A stretch of 62,460 nucleotides of DNA from Salinivirgaceae bacterium (GTDB lineage: Bacteria; Bacteroidota; Bacteroidia; Bacteroidales; SZUA-534). Location of the stretch: positions 1 to 62,460 of the forward strand of contig JAKSOL010000016.1 of NCBI GenBank assembly GCA_024405635.1, in the 5' to 3' direction. The notes below the pieces were generated by a model that was given only the letters and a program-made list of their open reading frames with translations, had not been told where the DNA came from and ran no database searches. This document shows, piece by piece, positions 50,384 through 60,600 of this stretch. The position numbers and the translations under genes were made by a program. The stretch's first letter is position 1, and each line of letters opens with the position of its first letter.

Positions 50384-51229
50384 ATGGATCAGTCAATTAT
50401 CAATTCGTTGATTGCTCTGCTTGACGATCCCGATCGTGAAGTGTATAAAAGCATTTCGCGCAAAATAATCAGTTATGGCGACGATGCTATACCTACACTT
50501 GAACAACTATTTGCCAGTGATAGCCAACTAGTTGCATTACGTGCAGCCGAAATTGTAGATAAAATACAATTTGAGAAAGTGGCAACACTTGCTCACAAAT
50601 GGATAGAAAAAGGCGACGACAATCTTTTGCAAGCAACATTGTTTTTCAACCAACTATTTATCCCCGATTTTGACAAAAAAAAGGTTATTAGCACCATCGA
50701 CTCGCTCAAACGTAGCATTTGGCTAAAGTTGAACGACGATATGACAGCAATAGACAAAGTGAAGGTGCTAAACAATGTGTTGTTTAACGAACAAAAATAT
50801 TGCGTAATAAAGTCTTTTGGGAAAATTCCACAATCGCACCAACTAAGCTACATTATTGACCAGAAAAAAGGCTCTCCAATGGCAATAATGCTATTGTATT
50901 TGATTACTGCACAAGAAAGTGGCATTTCAATTTATGGAGGCAATGTTCCTGGTACAAACATTTCGTGCTACGTTGATAATGATGGAAATGGTGAAATTCT
51001 GTTCTACATAAACCCTTCGCTGTCGGGCACAATGCTACCACAGATTGAGATAAGCCATTTTTTAGAATCGCTAAACATTGAATCGACACAAGAATGCTAT
51101 GTTGCATGCACAAACAAGGACACAATAATAAATTTGCTAAATTTGGCGGCTTTAGCATATATACAGAACGGCAACAACACACTTGCTAATCATTGCGAAG
51201 AACTAATTCAAATTTTAAATAATGGATAA
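50384..51229 (+). CDS. SirB1/transglutaminase-like family protein
   Basis: LIALLDDPD, KKGSP..I.LLY...A, N.PG, FYINP. Confidence 0.75.
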   Translation: MDQSIINSLIALLDDPDREVYKSISRKIISYGDDAIPTLEQLFASDSQLVALRAAEIVDKIQFEKVATLAHKWIEKGDDNLLQATLFFNQLFIPDFDKKKVISTIDSLKRSIWLKLNDDMTAIDKVKVLNNVLFNEQKYCVIKSFGKIPQSHQLSYIIDQKKGSPMAIMLLYLITAQESGISIYGGNVPGTNISCYVDNDGNGEILFYINPSLSGTMLPQIEISHFLESLNIESTQECYVACTNKDTIINLLNLAALAYIQNGNNTLANHCEELIQILNNG

Positions 51230-52178
51230 TAATACCGAAAAAAACACCGAAGGCAAGGAAATTGACCTTATCGACCTTTTTAACAACATGATGCACTGGT
51301 TTGGTCGTAAATTTTATGGTTTAATTCTATTTTTTGCCCGCAATCGTTGGAGTTATGCAATTTTAATTGTCATTGCCATTATTGGCGCAGTACTCCAAGT
51401 AACAACCTCAAAAAAAATATACAAGTGCAACATGCTTGTTCAAAGCTACAGTGTAAAGGCATCAGAAGCCATTAGTTTTGTAAACAACCTAAACTTTAAC
51501 GCTTTAGGTAACGATGCTTTCTCAAATAACGTTAAGAACATATATGCATCGTTTGTACTTGACTATAACCGCGACGAAGTGCTTGATGCTGTTGAGCAAA
51601 CCGACAAAAACAGCATAATGCAAGTGCGCGATACTGCGCTTATCAACAAACGAATGAGCAATATTGTTAGCATAAACTTTGAGTTGATTGACAACGGAGC
51701 TACCAATGTTGAACATGTTGAAGATGGTGTTTTGGATGTGCTTAACAAAAACAAAACCTTTGTTGAATACAACAACCTGTTTCTTGACCTTGAAAACGAT
51801 GTTTTAACAACCATAAACAATGAAATAATCAAACTTGATAGCATGCGTTTGGTTGAGTATTTTCAAAAAGACCAATCAGCATCATTAAATAAAAATGGTG
51901 GTTTGGTGTTTATGAGCGAAAAGGAAAAAAAGCTATATCACAAAGATATGCTTGATCTTGTAAGCAAAAAACACGATGCCGAACGTTTAATTAAATTGAG
52001 CGATGAGCCTTTTAAGATTATTCAAAACATTTCAGTTCCACAACAAGAAGCAAACAGCTTAAGCTACTATCTGAAATTATACATTATAATAGCAGTTTTG
52101 GGCGGAACATTTTTTGTTTTCTTATTCGATCGCCGCAAGCAAATAAAAGAGTTGATTAAAGAAGCTGAATCAAAATAA
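51222..52178 (+). CDS. Wzz-like chain-length determinant
   Basis: EIDLIDLF start, N- and C-terminal TM segments, coiled middle. Confidence 0.65.
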   Translation: MDNNTEKNTEGKEIDLIDLFNNMMHWFGRKFYGLILFFARNRWSYAILIVIAIIGAVLQVTTSKKIYKCNMLVQSYSVKASEAISFVNNLNFNALGNDAFSNNVKNIYASFVLDYNRDEVLDAVEQTDKNSIMQVRDTALINKRMSNIVSINFELIDNGATNVEHVEDGVLDVLNKNKTFVEYNNLFLDLENDVLTTINNEIIKLDSMRLVEYFQKDQSASLNKNGGLVFMSEKEKKLYHKDMLDLVSKKHDAERLIKLSDEPFKIIQNISVPQQEANSLSYYLKLYIIIAVLGGTFFVFLFDRRKQIKELIKEAESK

Positions 52179-52200
52179 TATCAACCTCGGAAAAAAAACG

Positions 52201-52236
52201 AAAGTCGCCCAAGAGTACTCTTGAGCGACTTTTTTA
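52201..52236. terminator. bidirectional terminator
   Basis: AAAGTCGC.CAAGAG / CTCTTG.GCGACTTT between convergent genes. Confidence 0.85.
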
Positions 52237-52259
52237 TTGCTTTGATAATAGGTTATCAG

Positions 52260-54740
52260 TTATTTGGCAGCTATTATTTTTTGTCCAAAACGTGTTTTCA
52301 AAAGCAAGACAAAAAGTGAAGGCTGAACAGTATAGGTAATTACAATGGTTGAAGTCATTCCAATCAACGTTGCAAAACCAATTGAATGTATAGCAGGATG
52401 AACTGCAAAAATCAACGATGCAACACCAATAATCATAACCATTCCCGAAAAGAAAATTGCCGTTTTGTGATACATAAGCAACTTACCACTCTCGGCATCA
52501 CTACTTTTTACTCGAGCAAGCAAACCATCCATTACAAAAATGCTATAATCAACACCTATACCGAAAATAAAGGTTGAAATAACAATATTTATCAAGTTAA
52601 ACTGAATGTCTAAAACACCCATAATGCCTAAAGTTATGTACCAGCTTGCGCCCATTGGAATAAATGCAAGAGCGGCTAGTACTACACTGCGAAACGAAAA
52701 AAGAAGCACTATAAAAACAAACACCGACGAAATTCCCAAAACGATATTAAAATCTTCGTTCATCATTTCAACCATGTTGCCAGTATAATAAAAAGGATCG
52801 ACCACAACAGCATGAGGCACTGCTGCAAAAACATCGTTATTACTTGCCACATTTGACTGTTCTGCTCTCACTGAAGTAAACACCATGTACGAATCTTCTG
52901 ACTTTTCAACCATACTAGACAAAAAGCCCTCGGGCAACACATCGGCATCGTACAAAGAATTAGGAGCATAACTTTGCTCAAGCATATCAAAAAATTGACT
53001 AAACATTTCAGGTTTAAAGCCATTTTGTTGTCCATACTTGCACACATCGTTCTTCAATTTAGCGATACGCTCATCGGTCCAATAACTTTGCCATTTATCA
53101 AAACGTGTAAGTTGTTCAGCCTCAGGCAACAATATGCTCGACGATTTGCTAAAACTTGCTATGCGGCCCTCGTTTTTCAACGAGTCGCACACCCTATACA
53201 ACTCTTTGTTGTACATTAAAGCTGAATCAAGATTTTTTGAAACAATGGCATAATAATTAGTTGACAATCCGTTTGTGGTTTTAGCTGAATATAAATTCAT
53301 TGAGCGAGAAACTTCTTTATCAAAGTAGCCTATGTTGCGCAAGTTTGAATCAAAAGTTACGCTACCCGATGTGTAAAAGCACACTAGCAATAACACTCCT
53401 ATCGCAATAGGAATCCAATGATGTTTTTCAAACTGATAATTATTGAACTTTTCGAGCCAAGCAAATGCACGTTCTGAACGGCGATTGCGCTCTGGAGCAA
53501 AAAACTGAGGCAAGAAAAGCAAGCAAAAACCTGTTGTTCCAACCATTGCTAACGAAGCAAACAAACCAAAATCGCAAAGCAAAGGAGATCCGGTAAAGAG
53601 CAACCCCATAAATGCACCAATTGTGGTAACATTGCCAAGAATAACTGGTCTTGTTTGGTCGCGAAGAACTGTTTCAGGATCGCTCACATATTTATAATGA
53701 GTAATAACATGCAAACAATAGCTCAAAGCTACACCTAGCACTATTGCTCCAATTCCTAGTGCCATTAGCGACATTCGGCCTTGCATAAGATATAGCACAC
53801 AAAGCGAAAATGCTGCGCCATACACCACTGGCATCACAAGCATAGTTAATGTTGACTTGTTGCGCATGCACAGCAATAATATTATACAAATAAGAGCCAT
53901 TGACAGCCCCATTGTTACAGCCAAATCGGTTTTAATGCGGCGCGAGTTATATACACTTTGCACTGGCGTGCCGTGAAACAGAACTTCAACATCGGTAAAC
54001 TCTTGATTAACTGCTGAAATTGATTTTTCAATTTTTTTAGCCAAACGAATTCCCGTTTTAGAGTCGAAACCAATAAAATTTGGTGCAAGAAAAATAATTG
54101 CCGTTGAACTATCCTGTGTAATAAGGTGACGGTCGTAAATTGAAAAATCGCCACCCATTCCAGCCGTTGATGTACCATTGTTTTTTCCCATCAACAAATT
54201 GCGAAAACCTAACGGATCGTACTGAACTAAATCGTAGTAAGCTGAACCATCGGCTCCCGATAATAGTTCAAGGTTAGCCTTCATTTGTTTTTCAATATTT
54301 TCCGACGAACAAATTGAGTCAATCACACCATAATAAGTGGTATCGACAAACAAAGGCACATTGCCAACAGCATAATCGACGACATTTGCAAGCATATCGT
54401 CGTCAATCTTGTACAAAATGTTACGCACATCGCCCTCGGCATCATACTCAAGAAGCGAATCAACAAACATATCGGCAGCGGCAACAACATTATCAACATC
54501 AGCCACCGAATCGTTTGCCGTAACCAAAACAAAAATGCGGTCCTTTATCTGCAACGACGAGAACACAAGACCCTCAGCTCGTTCTTCGTCAACTCCTGGC
54601 AACAATTTCGAAATATCTTCTTCATACTCCATTTTGCTACCAACAAAGGCAAACAATGCAAATGAAATTAACATAAGCACCCACATCAACAATCGGTGTT
54701 GTTGAAAATAGCGATACATAAAAATGGTGAAACGTGTCAT
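52260..54740 (-). CDS. MMPL/RND family exporter
   Basis: Two TM bundles with periplasmic loops; GVALSY..H and GIGVDYSIF. Confidence 0.88.
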   Translation of the reverse strand: MTRFTIFMYRYFQQHRLLMWVLMLISFALFAFVGSKMEYEEDISKLLPGVDEERAEGLVFSSLQIKDRIFVLVTANDSVADVDNVVAAADMFVDSLLEYDAEGDVRNILYKIDDDMLANVVDYAVGNVPLFVDTTYYGVIDSICSSENIEKQMKANLELLSGADGSAYYDLVQYDPLGFRNLLMGKNNGTSTAGMGGDFSIYDRHLITQDSSTAIIFLAPNFIGFDSKTGIRLAKKIEKSISAVNQEFTDVEVLFHGTPVQSVYNSRRIKTDLAVTMGLSMALICIILLLCMRNKSTLTMLVMPVVYGAAFSLCVLYLMQGRMSLMALGIGAIVLGVALSYCLHVITHYKYVSDPETVLRDQTRPVILGNVTTIGAFMGLLFTGSPLLCDFGLFASLAMVGTTGFCLLFLPQFFAPERNRRSERAFAWLEKFNNYQFEKHHWIPIAIGVLLLVCFYTSGSVTFDSNLRNIGYFDKEVSRSMNLYSAKTTNGLSTNYYAIVSKNLDSALMYNKELYRVCDSLKNEGRIASFSKSSSILLPEAEQLTRFDKWQSYWTDERIAKLKNDVCKYGQQNGFKPEMFSQFFDMLEQSYAPNSLYDADVLPEGFLSSMVEKSEDSYMVFTSVRAEQSNVASNNDVFAAVPHAVVVDPFYYTGNMVEMMNEDFNIVLGISSVFVFIVLLFSFRSVVLAALAFIPMGASWYITLGIMGVLDIQFNLINIVISTFIFGIGVDYSIFVMDGLLARVKSSDAESGKLLMYHKTAIFFSGMVMIIGVASLIFAVHPAIHSIGFATLIGMTSTIVITYTVQPSLFVLLLKTRFGQKIIAAK

Positions 54741-54757
54741 AATGTGTTAAAATGAGT

Positions 54758-55177
54758 TTATTGATGCCAGCGTTCTTTCCACGCTGCAAAAAATTCAGGA
54801 TTGGTAGTTTCGAAAATGCCACTGCGCGACACAAATAGTTGAATTGTAGTAGCCTCAAGTATTTGAGCACCATCACTTTTGCGACGAATATCGTAATCAA
54901 AAATCAACTTTGCAGCACGCGTTGGCTTGTAAGTTATTGCAACGGTAAGTTCATCTCCCATTCGAGCCGACATTTTGTATTTTAGATGCATATCGACTAC
55001 CGGTGCTGTATAACCACTATTGAAAATATGCAAATACTCTAACCCAAACTTTGCGCCAAAAGCCTCTCGCGCATTTTCCATATACTTTACATAATTCCCA
55101 TGCCAAACCATTTGAATTGCATCAAGGTCAAAAAACGGAACCTGTATTGTAATTGTCTCTGTTAGAGCATTTTCCAT
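54758..55177 (-). CDS. acyl-CoA/ACP thioesterase (4HBT/YbgC hot-dog fold)
   Basis: VPFFDLDAIQMVWHGNYVKYMENARE; start at MENAL. Confidence 0.9.
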   Translation of the reverse strand: MENALTETITIQVPFFDLDAIQMVWHGNYVKYMENAREAFGAKFGLEYLHIFNSGYTAPVVDMHLKYKMSARMGDELTVAITYKPTRAAKLIFDYDIRRKSDGAQILEATTIQLFVSRSGIFETTNPEFFAAWKERWHQ

Positions 55178-55322
55178 ATTATAGCAACAACATTTTGCAG
55201 TGCGAAAGTAATAAATAATAAGCAAGTACACATCGTTTGCTGCTCAAACAAGCAACTACCACTAATAACCATCAATCAACTGCATACAATTTATATATTT
55301 GCACAAAAAAAATTATTGAAAG

Positions 55323-55577
55323 ATGAAATATCAATACCGAACTCAAGGCACTTGCTCGCAACTCATCAGTTTTGAAATTGAAAATGGCAAACTGCATAAC
55401 GTTGAATTTTTTGGCGGATGCCAAGGCAATTTAAGAGGAATTAGCCGTTTGGTTGAAGGTCAAGATGCTGCAAATGTTGCCCAAATACTAAAAGGTACAC
55501 TTTGCCACGACAAAGGCACATCATGCCCCGACCAATTAAGTTGCGCCATTGATGCCGCTTTGAAGCAAGCCGAATAA
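55323..55577 (+). CDS. TIGR03905 family TSCPD domain protein
   Basis: GTCS, GGCQGN, TSCPDQL; TATATTTG at 55294-55301. Confidence 0.92.
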   Translation: MKYQYRTQGTCSQLISFEIENGKLHNVEFFGGCQGNLRGISRLVEGQDAANVAQILKGTLCHDKGTSCPDQLSCAIDAALKQAE

Positions 55578-55625
55578 TTTTTTTAAAAATTGGCATAAGA
55601 CTATTGCACATATTGAAATAGTAAC

Positions 55626-55633
55626 TACTTTTG
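55626..55633 (+). promoter_or_regulatory. -7 element (TACTTTTG) of tRNA-Glu
   Basis: Consensus match 22 nt before the tRNA. Confidence 0.7.
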
Positions 55634-55655
55634 TGCCATCAAAAAAAAGAGAACT

Positions 55656-55730
55656 GGTCGATTCGTCTAACGGTTAGGACGAGAGATTCTCAATCTCTAA
55701 ATAGGAGTTCGATTCTCCTATCGACTACCA
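55656..55730 (+). tRNA. tRNA-Glu(CTC), CCA encoded
   Basis: Acceptor GGTCGAT/ATCGACT+ACCA; anticodon arm AGAGA-TTCTCAA-TCTCT; T arm AGGAG-TTCGATT-CTCCT. Confidence 0.95.
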
Positions 55731-55757
55731 AGAGCTGCTAAAAAGGCAGCTTTTTTT
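55731..55757 (+). terminator. short terminator hairpin between tRNA-Glu and gltX
   Basis: AGCTGC / GCAGCT plus T run. Confidence 0.65.
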
Positions 55758-55778
55758 ATTTATAAACATTCAATTATT

Positions 55779-57302
55779 ATGAACAGACGCGTTAGAGTTC
55801 GTTTTGCACCTAGTCCAACTGGAGCTTTACACATTGGAGGCGTACGCACAGCCTTGTACAATTACTTGTTCGCCAAACATCATGGCGGCGATTTCATTCT
55901 TCGCATTGAGGACACCGATTCTCAACGTTTTGTACCAGGAGCTGAAGACTACATTATGGAGTCGTTGAAATGGTGTGGCATTAAGATTGACGAGGGTGTT
56001 GCCGAAGGTGGCCCTCATGCTCCTTATCGCCAAAGCGAACGCCGCGCTATTTACCTGAAATATGCTGAACAACTTGTAGCATCGGGAAATGCCTACTACG
56101 CTTTTGACTCGGCCGAAACTCTTGACAACATGCGCAAAGAGGCCGAAGCTAACGGTCAAACTTTTGCTTATAACTATCAGGTTCGCAACCAATTAGAAAC
56201 TTCGTTAAAATTGTCCGACTCTGAAGTTAAAGAACGTATTGCTCGTGGCGACCAATGGGTTATCCGTTTTAAAATGCCTGAAAACGAGAATGTTGAAATG
56301 GACGACATCATTCGTGGACACATTACCATCAACACTTCAACTCTTGACGACAAAGTATTATACAAATCGGCCGATGCACTGCCAACCTACCACTTGGCTA
56401 ACATTGTTGACGACCATTTGATGGAAATTTCGCACGTTATTCGTGGCGAAGAGTGGTTGCCATCGTTGCCTCTTCACTATTTGCTTTACCGTTCGCTTGG
56501 ATGGTCTGATAGCCAACCAGAATTTGCACATTTGCCACTTTTGCTAAAACCACAAGGTCAAGGCAAACTAAGCAAACGCGATGGCGACAAGTTTGGTTTC
56601 CCTGTTTTCCCTCTATTCTGGACTGCTCCCGACGGCTCAACTGCAATAGGTTACAGAGAAGAAGGTTATTTCCCTGAGGCATTTATTAATATGTTGGCAT
56701 TGCTTGGATGGAATCCTGGTACTGAGCAAGAAATATTCAGCATGCAAGAGCTTATTGACATTTTCTCGCTTGAAAAGGTTAGCAAGTCGGGCGCACGATT
56801 TAACCACGAAAAAGCAAAATGGTTCAATGCTCAATATCTTCGCCACAAGTCAGACCAAGAACTTGGAGCAATGTTGCTACCATTGTTAGCAAAAGCAGGC
56901 ATAAACACCACTGCCGAGCGCGCTAATAAAGCAGTATCGCTAATTAAAGAACGTGCAACTTTCCCTGCCGAATTGGTTGACTTAACAAACTATATGTTTG
57001 TGGCGCCTACTAGTTACGATGAAAAATCGGTAAACAAATTCTGGAAACCAGAAAATGTTGAGAATTTGAAACTTATGGCAAAGGAAATTGAAAAATGTGC
57101 CAAGATTGACGAGAAGGAAACCGAAACAGCAATTCACGAATGGATTGTTGCAAACTCTTTGTCGATGGGCCAACTAATGAACACTTTGCGCATCGCAATT
57201 ATTGGTATCAGCCAAGGTCCAAGCATATTTGCAATTTGCGAATTCATTGGTAAAGACGAAACCTTGAAACGCATTAACAAGGCAATTGAAACTATAGGAT
57301 AA
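55779..57302 (+). CDS. gltX: glutamate--tRNA ligase
   Basis: RFAPSPTG.LHIG, RIEDTD, PTYHLANIVDDH, IRGEEW, KLSKR. Confidence 0.98.
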   Translation: MNRRVRVRFAPSPTGALHIGGVRTALYNYLFAKHHGGDFILRIEDTDSQRFVPGAEDYIMESLKWCGIKIDEGVAEGGPHAPYRQSERRAIYLKYAEQLVASGNAYYAFDSAETLDNMRKEAEANGQTFAYNYQVRNQLETSLKLSDSEVKERIARGDQWVIRFKMPENENVEMDDIIRGHITINTSTLDDKVLYKSADALPTYHLANIVDDHLMEISHVIRGEEWLPSLPLHYLLYRSLGWSDSQPEFAHLPLLLKPQGQGKLSKRDGDKFGFPVFPLFWTAPDGSTAIGYREEGYFPEAFINMLALLGWNPGTEQEIFSMQELIDIFSLEKVSKSGARFNHEKAKWFNAQYLRHKSDQELGAMLLPLLAKAGINTTAERANKAVSLIKERATFPAELVDLTNYMFVAPTSYDEKSVNKFWKPENVENLKLMAKEIEKCAKIDEKETETAIHEWIVANSLSMGQLMNTLRIAIIGISQGPSIFAICEFIGKDETLKRINKAIETIG

Positions 57303-57340
57303 ACAAGTTAGTTGAATTAGACTTCAAAGTATTTATTGGA

Positions 57341-57410
57341 AAAGTTACGCACATCGCTGATTTTTAACACTTTAACAAAGTGTCTATCATCAAGCGATAT
57401 GCATAACTTT
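57341..57410. repeat. 70-bp imperfect palindrome at the gltX/island boundary
   Basis: AAAGTTACGCACATCGCTGA ... TCAAGCGATATGCATAACTTT with inner ACACTTT/AAAGTGT. Confidence 0.75.
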
Positions 57411-57434
57411 ATCCTAAATTTTAGAAAAAAAATA

Positions 57435-57614
57435 AATTCTGCAAGCGTATATTAGGTCTTCGACATTGTTGGAACTCTTGTAAAACGAATAGAACTGAAT
57501 GGAGAATCAGTTTATAGTGTACCTATTGACCTAACTGGCCATCAAAGTGGAATGTACGTTATTTACCTTGAGGTAAAGACACTGAATAAAGGAGCGAGAG
57601 TAATACTGAGATAA
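57435..57614 (+). pseudogene. remnant of a T9SS C-terminal sorting domain
   Basis: NSASVY*VFDIVGTLVKRIELNGESVYSVPIDLTGHQSGMYVIYLEVKTLNKGARVILR*; no start, stop 1 nt before the next ATG. Confidence 0.7.
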
Positions 57615-57615
57615 A

Positions 57616-60600
57616 ATGCTTGCAAATTTGAAAAGACATAACCTTCAGGCAATAACAATCTCCTTGCGCATTGCTTTAATACTGCTACTAACCGTAACGG
57701 TTAAAATAGCATGCGCCAAAAAATATCCCGTAACACTAACAGCAACCATTAATCCGCCATATACACTCACATTAGCCGACTTTGGAAAGTCAGATGGTCC
57801 ATTAATGCTTATGGCAAATGTAACAGACGTAACAGTAAGCAACCTGCCAGTGTATGTTCATTTAAAGATGCAGAACCTTTTATCTGGAGAGGTTTTGGAA
57901 AATACAGAAAACATGGCAGTAGAAGATCGCATACGCATCAATGGCAACACCGTTGAGACCATAGATGGCAGCATGATGCGAATGAATTTTCTGCCATCAA
58001 GTTTCACATATACAAATCTAAAATCGAGCCAATACCAAAACACACTGCACCAACTGCCAGGCGGGCAATGGAAAATAAGCGCAGAGTTGCGACACCTATA
58101 CACACACCGACGCATATCAAACATAGCCACCGTAACCATGATAGCAGCATCGGGCTCAGCACCACAACTGCAATCAATAGAGCACCGCACAGTTATAAGC
58201 AATCAAACCAAGCCTATAACCTTTGCGTGGGAGCAGTCAAAGCTACAAGGAGCAGGCGCAACGGTGCTATATAAACTTGAGATATGGCAAAACCCAACGG
58301 GCAATTGGCTATATAGTTACGATGCCATAACCCAACAACCACCTTACTACGAGTCGGAACTCACAGCTGGGAACTTTATAACCATTAATCCCGAAGTGGC
58401 AATGCTTGTGCCCGAAACCAAGTACATTTGGCGAGTAACAGCAAGCGAGCCATCAGGTAACGTAGAATTTAACAACGAAGGAAAAAGTCAGTGTAGAGAG
58501 TTTCAATACCTCAGTCCATGTGAACCTCCGTCTGATATACATACGGATATAAAAAGCAATGGTACCACAACAATCGATTGGGCACAAGGAACAAACAACA
58601 ACATGTATTGGGTCAATATGGAAGACCTAGATGGAGGTTCAGATGAAGACAACTATCATGGCGAAGTGACAGATACTCAAGTAGAGTTTTTTGAATTACC
58701 ACATGGGTCACGTTGGCAAGTTAAGGTTAGCGCGTCGTGTCCTGATGGGCAAACAACTGAATCAACAGATTGGACAATGTTCCAAGTGCCAGAACTAGTA
58801 AGTCCATTTGATAGTGTGAGTTGTCCTACATGTGGATGTGGGAAAGAGATAGAACCTCGTCAAATAACCAATCTTGAACTTAAACAAGACTTGGCGGTAG
58901 GAGATACTATTGAGAATCGTACTGGTCACACTAAATTTGTTATAAAGACAATAACAGCAGAAGGAGATGGTACATATAGAGGAACGTTCTATGCGCTATT
59001 TAGAGTATGGGGAGTAAAGTTCCTCTGTGAATACAGCAATCTGAAAGTAAACACCGATGGTGTGATGCTGGATGGGCGATGGGAAACAATAAATAATCCT
59101 GCCTTCTTGGCAGACCCAAAAGCCTTAGCCGATTATATAAGAGACCTTGAAGCCAACATAGCGCAAGCGTCATACAACAACACTATCCGCGACACCGTCA
59201 AGCTCAGCACCAACTTTGCAACCATATACATAAACGAAAAAGGACATTATATAGCAGTAGATGCCGACGGAAATGAAAAAGACATAACAGCAAATGTTGG
59301 TTCAAAAAGTCGCACACTAGTACAATCATCCAATGGCGAGCAACTAGTGATAGACAGCAAAGGGCAATTAATGGGCGTCACTGAATACAAACAAACTGGT
59401 GGCAATAAAACACTATTAGCCCAACGCAGTGCTGAAAAAGACAGCCTGATGGCTACAACGGGCAATGTGACATTCAACAAAATGGATGGCGAAGAATACG
59501 GCTTCGACAAGTGGCGAGGAGCGGACTATGACAAAGACCAGTATCCGACAATCACCAACCATAACGACTACCGACCAGCATACATCAGTCTGTTAAAAGG
59601 CAACAAAGCACAAATATTGCCAAGTGAAATTAGCGGCATCACCTTTAAAACCGAGCATGGCGTGCCAGTACTACCAAACAAAACCGACAACACACTCACC
59701 ATACAAGCAGCCACCACCAACGACAATCAAGCCATCTACGCCTATCGCGACACAACCATAGTAGGCAAACTCAACATAAAAGCATACGACTACAAAGAGG
59801 TGAAAGTGCATCTCGTTCGTATAAACAAAGACAACCGCACACTTGACCTCACCAAGATAGAAAACCAAGTAAACGACATTTGGCAACAAGCAGTAGTAAG
59901 ATACACCTTTGACGAACTCGACCCAATAACCATAACCTACGCCGATGGCGAAAAATTTGTACATGGCGGCAAAGGCACGTTTCAGAACTACAACCAAGAC
60001 CAAAAAAACGCCATACAAGCCCTACCCACAACCACCGACCCAAACGACTACTACCTGTTCTTTGTCGACTGCTATGACAGACTTGATACTGCTGGAAACA
60101 AATCAAAAGAACCCGTAAGTGGCTACATGCCAGCAGGCAGACATTACGGCTTTATTTACAATCAGTATGATAATGTTAGAACCATAGCTCATGAGTTGGG
60201 CCACGGTGTGAACGTTTTGCATCATACCTTCTCGGATGACAGCGAGTCGTTCCACACAACGGCAAAGACAGATAATCTGATGGACTACAATGGTGGTACC
60301 ACTCTCAACCACTGGCAGTGGCAGTGGAGCCATGAGAAGCACAGAAATGTGCTGGGATTCTTGGATGGGGAAGAGGAGAGTGAGGCAAAATTGGCTCTTG
60401 TGACAAAGGAAGGAAAGGCAATAACCATTGACATTCCATCTGTTGAAAAACAATATTGCTTTTTGTCTCCATCAGGAGTCCCTATTTGGCTAAAAAACGC
60501 AACAGACATAAGGTTCTTTGACAATGGAACCGTGTCTAGTTTCATAGATAATGGAATAAAGTATTCCGCCGTGCTCAGCAATGATGAATTGTATTTTGAT

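Noticed and set aside
55580-55778. T-box riboswitch before gltX
   Set aside because: The region is a real tRNA gene; no T-box consensus is present.
57341-57410. Integron attC site
   Set aside because: GTT and AAC boxes are in the opposite order to attC (RYYYAAC...GTTRRRY), and no integrase is present.
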